Assembly: GCA_036867785.1 (NCBI GenBank)
Contig: CP145409.1
Span: 558,001 to 622,000 of the forward strand
DNA length: 64,000 bases
Reading direction: 5' to 3'
Origin: Plasmodiophora brassicae
Lineage: Eukaryota
In this document: one piece after another, positions 24,193-35,394 of the stretch
Layout: the number at the start of each line of letters is the position of its first letter
Position numbering within the stretch: position 1 is the stretch's first letter
Notes under the pieces: generated by a model
Databases searched by the model: none
Seen by the model: the letters and a program-made list of their open reading frames with translations, nothing else
What the model was told of the DNA's origin: nothing
Position numbers and translations under genes: made by a program

Positions 24193-25830
24193 ATGGCGGA
24201 TGCGCCCAGCCGCGTATCAACGCTGCGCGTCCAGCTGCGCTTCCTGCTCGATTCGCTGGCGGCGTCCGAGAAGCGCGCTGTTGAGGCGGACGCCCGGCGA
24301 GAGCAGGCGCTTCATGCAGTCGAGGAGGCGCAGCGCCAGCTGAAACGGGTACTGTGGTCATGCGGATTCAGGAACCTACCTACAGTAGGTACCAAGGCTT
24401 ATGGGGCGGTTGCTGTGTAGACGCAGGCGGCGTGCGAGACCAGCGCCGTCACTCAGCAATCGCAGGCGCAGATCGACCTCGAGCGCGCCAAGGTCCGCAT
24501 TGCCGAGCTGGAGATGCAACTGGGCAAAGAGAACCTCGGTCGAGACCAGTCGTCCACAGCAGCGCGGCAGCAAGTCTTGGACTTACAGGTCAGCTGTCGG
24601 GCTACTTCGATCTCCTGCGTCGCGCATTCTAACGGCATACCAGGCGCAACTGAATGCTCAGTCCATTGAGATCACTGAGTTGAGGCTGGAGCTTGAACGG
24701 CGAAACAATGCGCTAAGACACATTGAGGAGACTCATCGAGCGCAACAGGTAATGCAAAGTTTGCTTAGGTGAATATCATGCTAATGCTGCATGGTGCTAG
24801 AATGAAGTGCTGGCTGCGTGTCGAGAGCAGCGGCGTTGCCGGGCTCTGGAACGCCAGGTGCAATCGCTGGCCGCTGTTGCGTCACAGTCCACTTTGCTCG
24901 AAGAAGAGCTTCGTGGAGCCAATGCTAAAATCGAAAGGTGTAGTGGCTGTTAACGCGAAGCTGTACCCATCATGGCCCTCTGACACGATACCAGGCTAGA
25001 GTCGGTTCAGGCCAGTGCGATTGCTGGAGAGCAACGGCTTCGCCAGGCAGAGCTTGCTGTGGGGCAGTGGCGTTCTGCACTTCAGCAGGCGTCTGGCGAT
25101 TCTGGTCATGACGATCCAGAAGCTCTCGCTCACTTTGTCAGGTCCCTCAAAGCTAAAGACGAAGAGGTAGCCGCCGTGAAATGAACTGTCGAAAATGCAC
25201 GCTGATGGCCATCATTCCTAGTTACGCAAAGAACTGTCCCGTCTGGCGATCATCATCCAGACACTTACAGACGAGAATGCCATGCTGGAAGCCTCCGCTT
25301 CTCGCAACCGGATTGCGATCACGGAAGCGAAGACGCATGCGACCGCGTTGCAGCGCCAACTTGACATGGCTTCGGCTAATGTGTGTGTGTCTATATTGAT
25401 CAGGCGCTACGCTGACTACGCCTTGCAGGAAGCGTGCCTCACACTGGAAGTGAACGGGCTTCGCGAAATTCTCTCTGCTTACGAGTCGGAGCGAGGCCAA
25501 TCGGAACCTGATGCTGCAATGCAACAGATGAAGAAACGCTGTGAAGTCGCCGAGGCTGCTTTGGAAGCTCTCAAGGCCGATGCTGCGTCGTTGCGAGCCA
25601 CGGCGAACGACGTGGTCGGCCTCCGGGAACTTTGCGCCAACCTGTCACGCCAGAACGCTGAGCTGCGGTCATCGGCACCGAAAGGTAATCACAGCACCAA
25701 TGCGGTTCCCCTGTAATATATACAGTAATGTCGAGAATGTGGAGTGACTGCCGTATGTTTCCCGACGTCCGCAGGGTTGGACACGCAGAGGAGACCGTGG
25801 CCGGATCGATTGATAAGTCTCACATTATGA
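24193..25830 (+). CDS. Long coiled-coil protein, MAD1-like, multi-exon; 3' end uncertain
   Basis: Heptad-rich exons. LTLEVNGLREILSAYESE resembles the MAD1 conserved L.KERDGMRAILGSYDSE segment. Confidence 0.55.
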
Positions 25831-25909
25831 GGTGGCGCAGCGTTGCCACCAGAAAAGCGCTGCGTCGGCACACGAAAAACGGACGTGGGGGCGGAGTGGC
25901 ACAAGGAGG

Positions 25910-26683
25910 ATGACGATCGAGGACGATCTGAAGGCGACGAGAGCGCGTTGGAACGTGCTTGCGTTGGATTTCGATGCATACGAACCCCTGATGTCGCAAA
26001 GCTGGAGGGTGCTGCTGGACCATCTCGAGCTAGGCGGGTCGCGGCAGGTCCTTGAAGTCGGTGCTGGGCGTGGCACGTGTGCGTCCGCGATTCTGGGACG
26101 TTTGCCGGCTGGTGCACAGCTGACTGCAACGGATTACACGCCTACCATGGTCGAGATCGCGCGTAAGTTCTTGGGCGCGCAGCCAGCCCTTCGAGACGTC
26201 GCTGTTGCGAACGCCATTGACCTGTCCCCGTTCTCCGATGGGCAGTTCAACAGGTACATCGCCAACATGACGTTGCACATTGTTCCTGACGCCGACGCCA
26301 TGCTTCGTGAAGCTCGCCGCGTTCTGTCTGATGACGGCATTGCAGCGTTCTCGATCTGGGGGCGTCCCGAGCACAGTGCCATCATGACGGCGAACCAGAA
26401 ACCGGACGCGGGACTATCGACGAATTTCAATCTGGGTGCCGACGTTGCCGCTCTCAAGCAACGTATTTTGGCTGCCGGTTTCCAGCGTGTCACGATGTGG
26501 CGTCACCAGTGCGTCTACGAGCTGTGGGACGCAGACAACGCCGTTGCTTTATGGGCCCGGGTCGAGAAGCGGGACATCGCAACGGACCCATGGTGTGCGA
26601 CGCTTCGCGCACGGTACCAAGCCGTGGTCGATCGCGGCGAGCCGATCGGCCTAGAGGCCATCGTGATTGTCGCCCGATGCTGA
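25910..26683 (+). CDS. Class I SAM-dependent methyltransferase (copy 1)
   Basis: VLEVGAGRG motif I, TATDY, FNRYIANMTLH, MLREARRVL..DG.AAFS.WG. Confidence 0.9.
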   Translation: MTIEDDLKATRARWNVLALDFDAYEPLMSQSWRVLLDHLELGGSRQVLEVGAGRGTCASAILGRLPAGAQLTATDYTPTMVEIARKFLGAQPALRDVAVANAIDLSPFSDGQFNRYIANMTLHIVPDADAMLREARRVLSDDGIAAFSIWGRPEHSAIMTANQKPDAGLSTNFNLGADVAALKQRILAAGFQRVTMWRHQCVYELWDADNAVALWARVEKRDIATDPWCATLRARYQAVVDRGEPIGLEAIVIVARC

Positions 26684-26900
26684 CTGCCTACTGCGCTCCG
26701 AGTCTGACGAATTCGTTACAATCTCCTGTGACGAAGGGATGTCTTCGACCTGCAAAAAAATATCGTAACTGGAACGCCCACAGTCCACTAATGTACAGCG
26801 ACCGAAACCGCCGAGCGTGACCTGAAGTAACAACGCCCTGGGGAGGCGAAACGGCAAGCGGCATACGTCGTTATTCGTTACATCGGGTTCTGGCAGCGGG

Positions 26901-27677
26901 ATGATGACCGAGGCGGCGCTGAAGGCGTCCAGGGCGCACTGGGAGGGGCTGGCGTTGGACTTCGATGCGTGTGAAAGTCTCATGACCCAGAGCTGGGGGG
27001 TGCTGCTGGAGCACCTCCAGCTAGATGGGGCGAGACAGGTCCTGGAAGTCGGCGCTGGGCGCGGCACGTGCGCGTCCGCGATTCTGAACCGTTTGCCGGA
27101 GGGCGCCCAGCTGACGGCGACGGATTACACGCCCGTCATGGTCGATATTGCGAGCAAATTCCTGGGTGTTCACCCCGGCCTTCGTGAGGTCGCTGTTGCC
27201 AACGCCATTGACCTGTCCCCGTTCTCCAATGGCCAGTTCGACAGATACATCGCAAACATGACGTTGCACCTCGTTCCGGATGCCGACGCTATGCTTCGCG
27301 AAGCTCGCCGCGTACTGTCAGATGATGGCATTGCGGCGTTCTCGGTCTGGGGTCGTCCAGAGCACAGCACAATCATAACGGCGAATCAGAAACCGGGTGC
27401 GGGCCTGTCGAAGGAGTTCGATGTTGGTGCAGACCTTGACGCTCTGAAGAAACGCATTCTGGCTGCCGGATTCAAGCGAGTCGCGATATGGCGACAGCAA
27501 TGCGTCTACGAACTGTGGGACACGGATAATGCCGTTGCTATGTGGGCCAGGATCGAGAAGCGCAACACGGCAACGGACCCATGGTGCTCAACGCTTCGGG
27601 GACGCTTTCAAGCCGTGATTGACCGTGGCGATCCGATCGGTCTAGAGGCCGTCGTAATCGTGGCGCGCTGCGACTGA
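26901..27677 (+). CDS. Class I SAM-dependent methyltransferase (tandem copy 2)
   Basis: Colinear, highly similar paralog of 25910..26683 with the same motifs. Confidence 0.9.
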   Translation: MMTEAALKASRAHWEGLALDFDACESLMTQSWGVLLEHLQLDGARQVLEVGAGRGTCASAILNRLPEGAQLTATDYTPVMVDIASKFLGVHPGLREVAVANAIDLSPFSNGQFDRYIANMTLHLVPDADAMLREARRVLSDDGIAAFSVWGRPEHSTIITANQKPGAGLSKEFDVGADLDALKKRILAAGFKRVAIWRQQCVYELWDTDNAVAMWARIEKRNTATDPWCSTLRGRFQAVIDRGDPIGLEAVVIVARCD

Positions 27678-27809
27678 CCTCGTTACGATCTGGCAAATGC
27701 GGAGACTCTGATTGAGGTTTATACATTCGTTGTGTACCGCAGCAGGACGCTTATAAGGTCGTCTTCGCTATGTAGGAGACATAAATCCGCAGCGTGTGCC
27801 CGCACTGGA

Positions 27810-28352
27810 ATGTCCGACGACGGGGGCAGAGTCGGGACTTGTCTGGTGACGGTTGGGACGACGCAGTTCGATGCGCTGATCGATACGCTCGATCGCGAGT
27901 ACGATGGCGTGCTGAAGGCCGTCGTCAAGCGAGGCATGTCTCGGCTGCATGTGCAATATGGCAAGTCGGCGCCTCCCTGCCAGCTGCAGGAACAAGGCAG
28001 GCACTATGGTGTGACCGTTGTAGCAGATGCGTTCGTGGAGAAATTCAACGAGGTTATCGCGGCTAGCGATCTTGTCGTCAGTCACGCTGGCGCCGGTTCT
28101 ATTATTGAAAGCCTGCGAGCCGGCAAACCCCTCATCGTGGTCGTCAACGACACTCTCATGGACAACCACCAGCTTGAACTTGCTGAGAACCTCGCCGATC
28201 AAGGACATCTCATATGGGCTTCCGTTACCGGCGTTGTCGAAGCACTCGCCAACGCCAACCTTGACGACCTCCGTCCACTTCCCGCCGCCAACTCCAGGCA
28301 ACTGTGGCGTGATATCAGTCACGACCTGGGATTCCACTCTTCCTCAATATAG
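27810..28352 (+). CDS. ALG13: UDP-GlcNAc transferase catalytic subunit ALG13
   Basis: LVTVGTTQFDAL, VQYG, VVSHAGAGSIIE, LIVVVNDTLMDNHQLELA. Confidence 0.93.
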   Translation: MSDDGGRVGTCLVTVGTTQFDALIDTLDREYDGVLKAVVKRGMSRLHVQYGKSAPPCQLQEQGRHYGVTVVADAFVEKFNEVIAASDLVVSHAGAGSIIESLRAGKPLIVVVNDTLMDNHQLELAENLADQGHLIWASVTGVVEALANANLDDLRPLPAANSRQLWRDISHDLGFHSSSI

Positions 28353-28848
28353 TATTTAGTTGTTCGTACAAATCTCCAGTCGTTTCGTCCATGCGGTGCG
28401 CCTTCAAATCCGCATCATGTCTGACGAACGCGCCGATTCGCTCACCGGTGATCTGCGAACTGTGCAGGAGACGATGGCCAGGCGTCTATGACAAGTTCGC
28501 GCTTGGCTATTTTTTTGCCCGCCCCGGTCTCCACATCTGCCAACTATTCCGCATGCACGTTCGTAGTTGTCGACCTGAAGGACGCGCTATTCGCCTTGCT
28601 GATTCAGGTTGGAATAGAAAGAGTATCGCGCCGAGTCGCGTCACCTCTGTATGTATCGATCGGAAGCCCTGCCTTCTGACTGCTGCAAGTCCGTGCCCGG
28701 TGTGCTTCCCAGAATAGCCCCCTTGGCTGAGAGGACCGGCTGGAGTTGAATTTTGTGCGCTGGACCAGCTGCAGCATTCGTGATCGCCCTGGGCGGACGG
28801 CGACGGCGACGAATTCGGCGGGCACCGACCTGGCCGGCATGGCCACCG

Positions 28849-30908
28849 GGTTCCTGAACCTGGACGACCATGACGTCATGATGTTCAGTGGTGGGTTGGG
28901 AGGGCCGCCGCGATCGACCGCGTCGCTCACCGGCCGTCGCGCAGATGAAGAGGCCGGCGGAATTCCGACGCAGCAACACTGGGCGCAGGACGAACCCGAT
29001 GTCGACTGGGATTGGGCGACGCAGGCACACCCTTCTGGCAAGGCCATGTCGGCACCGGATTCAGGTTGGATTCCGTGCCGCCTGTCCCAGAGTACTTGTT
29101 TGTAATGCGGCCTATCCTGAAAGGTTTCCTGAATTGCTGGAGGGATGGACCCCAGCCTGACGTCCTTGATTTGAACGACGATGGTGATTATGGCTTTAGC
29201 CGTGGAACGGGAGTATCGTTCCCTGGAAGCCTCGGCACGACGGAGTCATCGGACGACGAGATGGACGACGTGTCGACGCCACCGATTGCGTCTAGTGTCC
29301 CAAATAGTTCTGTCAGTCGCCGCTGGACTCAACAAGAGGTTGCTGATCGAAATCGGACTGAATACGATGTGGTGGTCTTACGTTGCGATTGCCAGACTGA
29401 AGCGCTTCGTGCCGGCATTGCTGAATTCGGTCATGGGTCGTGGCATTTGATTCAAGCGGACCCCCGCTGGGCGTCATTGCTTGCCGGCCGGCGTCGTTCA
29501 TCAATGATACGCAAATGGGCGCGCATGAACAAGACAAGGGGCACATCGGATTCAGGGACCAATGCGCCGTCGACGCCTTCGGCACCATCGCATGTCGGTG
29601 ACTTCGCTTCCGACCGGGATAGGCGCATTCTAGCGCAGGCAGTTGCCCAAGCAGCGGCTCAACCTTTGCATTCGCTGCACCAGCCACCGCAGCCGGTGCA
29701 CAGAGTACCTGGTAACGATTGGACACCTAAGGAACTGGTTGCTCTGCGTAACGCGATCGTGCGGCACAAGGGATCCTGGGAATCAGCATGGGTATTCAGA
29801 ATTTGTGTCCTCGCTCACCCGTCCATTAACGTGGTGTTCAGCGCGACGAAATGTTTAAGGCGTTGTTTTCCCGGCGGAACCGTACTGCTTTGCTTTCGAA
29901 ATGGGCTGAACTCAGCTCTCCTCTTGCTGTCTCATACCGTAGCGTCTCGACGCCAGTAGCCATTGCCCAGCCTGTCCGTCAAGATCAGATGCGGCGAATG
30001 CAGACGCCACCGCCGACACCAAGCAGCTTTCCAGCAGAGGGTATGAATGGCATGAGTCCTCGTTATGGTAAGCGCCAACCAACGGTTTTCATTTAGCAAT
30101 ATAGCTCACGTTTCCCGCAGGAATGACTCCGCCAATGGGTCGCATGGCTGGGGTTCCTAATCGTCGCGAATGCCACCTTGCCATTTGTGTCGACGACTGG
30201 AATCAGCCCCGACCAGTTCCGTTGCGGTCTGCGCCGATTCATGCAAACTCGTATGGGGCTGCTCGCTCTGGGGGCGTTAGGGGCACGTTTAATTCCGCTC
30301 CTAGAGGGCCATCGTTTTGCGACCCAAGGCTGTCATCGCCTGCGATTGCATCAATGTCGGCTCCGAAAGAACGCATACCTATTTTAGAACAGGTACAGCG
30401 TTATCTGAGATTTCCCTGTCGGGCACTGTGTTTGAACGCGGGATACCTCGCTTCAGGGAGTCGAAGAAGCGTCTACCGCTGCACGGTCCCGACGCTGGAC
30501 TGCAGAAGAAACCCAAGGGCTGATTGATGCCGTCTCCGTTCATGGCGAATCCAAGTGGACAGACATTCTCAAAGATGCCAAGTGGGACCTTGCTTAACGG
30601 GCGCGCCGAATTTGCTCTTAACTGGTTTCCAGGTTCTCCTCGTTCTTTGCGGGTCGGAGCCAGCAGTCCCTTCCGAGGAAGTGGGCACGCCTAAACCGTA
30701 TGGCCGCAGCCAAGACGACTCAGCCTGGGTAAGGGACAGCTCGTATCTTCGCCGATGTCCACGCTCCAGTACTGATGTCTGCCCGTGTAGCAGTCGACCA
30801 TCTTCGCTCCCAACTTCTTGGATGGACCATCCTCAGAACGTCTGCGAGGCAAGAGGTGCAGGAATGGAAAGCGTGCCTGAAATGTCATCAAGCACGAACT
30901 CTACATGA
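28849..30908 (+). CDS. Protein with three TRF/telobox-type Myb domains, multi-exon
   Basis: RRWTQQE|TEALRAGIAEFGHGSW...RKWARM; DWTPKELVAL...LSKWAEL; RRWTAEETQGLIDAVSVHGESKW.DIL..|...PRKWARL. Confidence 0.78.
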
Positions 30909-31283
30909 TCTTGCGTTTCGGAACCGACGACGAATTTCCAGCGCACCTTAATTATCGCGGTGCGAATCGCCACGCCTTTCGTTCTTAACAACCAGCCGCT
31001 GAGCTGTTATTACCACCCATGTTCGTTTCGATGCGTGCCAGATCCATTGGCCGTAGAGTGACCTTGCCCCCGAGGTACTGACACGGAAGGACTCTTGTAG
31101 AACAGGTGCGGGATTAATCGTTCGGTTTGGTTCACGGTTCGTAAAGTGACATGGCTCGACGCCTGTCGTCCGTATAACCGTAACCGTCTCGAGATGATCA
31201 AGCTGGCGCGGTGTGGGGCGTCTGCGCCTGTCACTCGGGACTCGGGGGCGCGGTGCTTCAACGCGCCCCAATGGGCCATCAGG

Positions 31284-32707
31284 ATGACCATTGGCGACCG
31301 GCTGGTGGTACTGCCTGATTGCTCCCTGATCCTGAACGATACCTGGCATATCGTGCTTCAGTTCCTGCCTGCCGACGAACTGGCCAGCGCTCGTGCCGTT
31401 AATCGTCACTGCGACCGAGCCGTCGGACGCGAGTTCCAACGTCGTAGGCGACACCAGGCCGAGCAGTGGCGAACGGCACGTGCTACTCACGACCGGTTGC
31501 GACATGCGCTGATCGGCAAACGATCTCGCCTATTACCTCTGACGCTGACCGATCTCGACGCCCGGTTCGCTGCCGCTTTAGACGACGGAGATATGGACCG
31601 GGCCTGGGTCCTGGTTGGCCAAGGCGCATCATCAGATACGTTGCCATTATCCGTTGTAGATGACGACGATGGAGTGGTCCGCGTAAATTTCGCCAGCATC
31701 GTATGGAGTCTCCTGCACGCTGATGGTGATACACCGCTGCTGATGGCGAAGGCCAAGGCGATCATCAGCGCGGCAGCCGACCGTCCCACATGGGCGGTTT
31801 GCACGTCGGACGACGGGTCGACTGCGTTTGACCTGATCATGACGACGGGCGTTCGCCAACACCCCGATCGTGCTGTACGCGTGCTGGCCCTGATGGCGTC
31901 GGCTGGGTTCACGATCAGCAACACGCGCGCCATGCACCGCTGGACCGACTTTGTCAACCGCTCGAGCGAATGCGACCCGGGCGTGCGCCGCCTCGTTGTT
32001 CGCATGGCGTTCGTCCATCAGTGGTTCGACCTGTCAAGCAGCGTCATCCTGGCAGGCGGCCCATGGAACAGGTCAGCAACGTGTCTAGTCGTCGCATCTC
32101 ACTACAGCGGCTCAGATGCTGTCTGATTAGGTTCCCAAGTAACGTCCTTGGAGCGATCCCATCGGCGTCGTTGCTTCACGATGTGATCGTGTCGAGCCGG
32201 GAGGCGGTCGGAGGTGGTTGGTCGGTGCCCAGTATCAGGAAAGCGTTAGCCGCTCATGGACAATCATCAGCGACCGTTCTGGAGTATTTCCAGCGGTTGC
32301 CTCATACGCGGCGCCTGTTTCGACGGGTCCTGCACCGGTTCGACAGCGTCCGCCGGGCGATGATTGACCTGTGGCCAGAGACCATTGTGGCACTTGTCGA
32401 CGCTCGGGACTTTGCCTCGTTGCGGTTGTTGGTCGCGCTGGAACACGATCGAATGACGGCCAGGCTGGATGCCAACGGGAACACCGTTTGGCATTACGTG
32501 GCAGGAATCGCAGAACCCCGGGCCATCGAATTCCTGCATTATGCAATGGGGACGGTGCTCTCTAATTTGGCGAACGAACAGGGCGACACGCCAATAGATA
32601 TCGCGAAACGGAACGGAGTCGTTGCCGACTGGGGCGCATTCCAGGACGAGCCGGTTCTCATGTCCCGCCTCTGCAACGACGACGACGACGACGATGAGGA
32701 TGTTTAG
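31284..32707 (+). CDS. F-box protein with C-terminal ankyrin repeats (2 exons)
   Basis: LNDTWHIVLQFLPADELASARAVNR (F-box); DANGNTVWHY and NEQGDTPIDIA (ankyrin); intron at ~32071-32130. Confidence 0.72.
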
Positions 32708-32789
32708 TAGCGCAGAAAGGGTCGCGATGACGAATAAAACCCATATCGACCGTAAATAATGGGATCCCCGAATCTGTAGTAAATAGAGT

Positions 32790-34865
32790 CTATGTAGACC
32801 GCTCGGGGGCGACCTGCTGGTAGAAGAGCATATAGGCTGGGGAAGAGAGGACCTCGCGTTCTGATCGTCGCGTAACGACCGCGTCATCGCACTTGAACCT
32901 GCACGGGCGTACGTCAGTTCGGAATGCCAGGAAGGGCCACGACAAGACGGGGAGGGGCGCATCGAACCATGAGTGCTCACGACGCACATAGGAAATGTAA
33001 TGCCCAGAATCCACGGATCCCTTGTGCTCGACGACGGCGAACAGCTTATATACATGGGCGCCAAGCTGTGGCTTCCCGCCATCCGCTGTCGCTTCTTGCG
33101 ACACGAACTGGCCCAGGTCGAGGTGATCGGCGGGGAACGCGATGAAGTTATCCAGCTTCGTGGACGCTGACGGCGTCTGCGCCCGGCCGAGGTGTTTGAA
33201 TCTCTGGCGACCACATCAGAATAAAGCAGTGGCCGGAACAGAAAAGCATATGCGACCTTCAGGTGCACTGTGAGGACAGCCGGGAGCGACTGAATCGACA
33301 GCTGCTTCGTACACGGTTGGTGGGTTTCGCATTTCCGACAGAAGAACTTGTCCGACAGCCGTTCCGGCTTCGTGAAACTGGATGGCATCCTTTAGACCAG
33401 CCGCGATCGACCGAACCACGACCCCATCCACCTCTCCAAGCAGTCGAATAGTGTCTGAGGCTGTACGCTTGAATGGTTGTGGATTGCGGCGAGGTCAACA
33501 GCAATTTCGAGTAGAGGGTCGAACGCGAAGTACGTCGACCCGCATCCCAGACAGGTGACGACCGAACGGAACTGACCGCCGAACGTCTGTGCGCATGGTC
33601 AGATGGGTTTGACAGAAGCGGGGAGAAAGGTGCCCAACCCTGTGGACGATACACTTGCAATCGACGGGCGTCCCGCCGCATCGGAGGTGTAGGCCGTCGA
33701 GCAATGAGATGAGGAACTCATGCGCGTCTTGCTGATCGTAACCGGCAAGGTGTGACGCGTGCGACCACATGGCGTGCAGGAACTGATGCGGCGCGAATGG
33801 TTCCGTCGACCCGCTGAACGCGCTCTCGATGATGAGGTCCATGTCGCATGCCAGGCACAGGCTGTCTCCTTTCGCTGGGCACTGTTAACAGGACACACTT
33901 TAGCATCCCGCCACAGATATATGGCGTTATACGCGCCGACCAGTTGCCTGTTATGGCGATCCTCAAGAAAGTAGTCACGAATCGGCGGGTTGTGCACCAA
34001 CGTTTGAAGGACGACGTTCATGAAGCACCTGATCGCGGTTGGATAACGATTTCGGGAGCGATAACGTTGTTCTGGGACGTACGTGTTCCCCAGGTTGAGC
34101 ATCCCACGCAGACCCACCAAGCCAGTAGGGTTCCTCCTGGGCGTACAGTGCCACAGAGCTTCCTTGTGATGGGTCGAGTGGCCCTCGCCCTGTTGCGGTA
34201 GGCTGATGATCAGGTTCTGCGATGCTGCTGCTCTGGCTGACCTGCGCATCCCATATCAGGACGCCATCCTATGCTACCGTCCAGCAATCGGATTCGTGAA
34301 CTGACTCGATTCGGGGGTATGGCTGCTCGAAAACCTTCTCCACCCTATCGTCGTAGACATAGTCCTTGCAGTGAAAGCAGTACAGTTCCAGCCTCGTCAG
34401 GTCAATGGCTACGTACAGCCACACGGTTAGTACTGCATTCAGTTCTGGAGCCCTGCAGCATACCCAGTCTGTGGCCTCTGGCTTCGGAATGCTGCTGGAT
34501 GTGTCGTCCATGCCAACACCCAAAATAGACCTGCCCGGGTACCGGCGATGTCAGCGAGGACGATCCAGCGACGAACACGAGCGGCATCTTACGCAGTCCA
34601 GACAGGCATGATATCGCACTCCAAACGAATTACAGGCCATGCACCGAGGTGCCCTTACCTACGAAGTTGCAGGATGATGAGAACGTGGCAACTCCACGAT
34701 ACGCAGGAACTGACGCCACAGGCATACTTTCGATGCTGGGTTAGTGTACGATAAGACTAGGTTCATGATCACAATCAGCGTCTGTTCGCCATTCCTCTCC
34801 AAAAACGCGTCCACGTGTGGGCAACGATTTTGTGAACCCGCACCCGAGCCGACATTGATTGGCAT
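32790..34865 (-). CDS. USP22: Ubiquitin-specific protease USP22/Ubp8 family (zf-UBP + USP), multi-exon
   Basis: CPH...LYCFHCKDYVYD zf-UBP; GLRGMLNLGNT|CFMN..LQ.L.HNP; GYDQQDAHEF; YKLFAVVEHKG...GHY; AYMLFY. Confidence 0.88.
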
Positions 34866-35394
34866 CTGACGTGTAGCCTGGCGCGATGTGCGGAATGTGA
34901 TCTCGCCCTGGGGCCGTGAAGGTGGAAGACACGGGCGATTAGAAGAGGTCGGGTTCCAGGAGACGCGCGACCCAGGGCCAGCCGCAGAGGCTCGATCGAC
35001 TCCGGTCCGGAGCCGCGCGCCGCAAAAAAACAGCGCCTTGGCCACACCTCCACGACGCCTACTGGGTCTACGTAGGTACACCAAGACCCCTGCGAGCCCC
35101 CGCGCCTGTTACCTACATAGCGTTACCGGCCCTACTACCGTTTACTGACCGGTTGTTTCTCCCTGCGGGTTGCCTCGATAGACAAGTGGGTTCGCGTCCT
35201 CGACCTGAAAACTTGCGCTCACGTGGTCGGCGATGAACAGACCGTTTACCGCACGAGATATGCCTTGAGGTCTGCTTTGCGCTTTGTGCTATAACTGACA
35301 CCCCAATGTTAGCAATGCGTGCGAACTGGCAGTATGCATGTAAATCTGCGCGTTCGAGGGTTCCGGCAGCCCGCCGTACGCCAATCGTGTCTGC

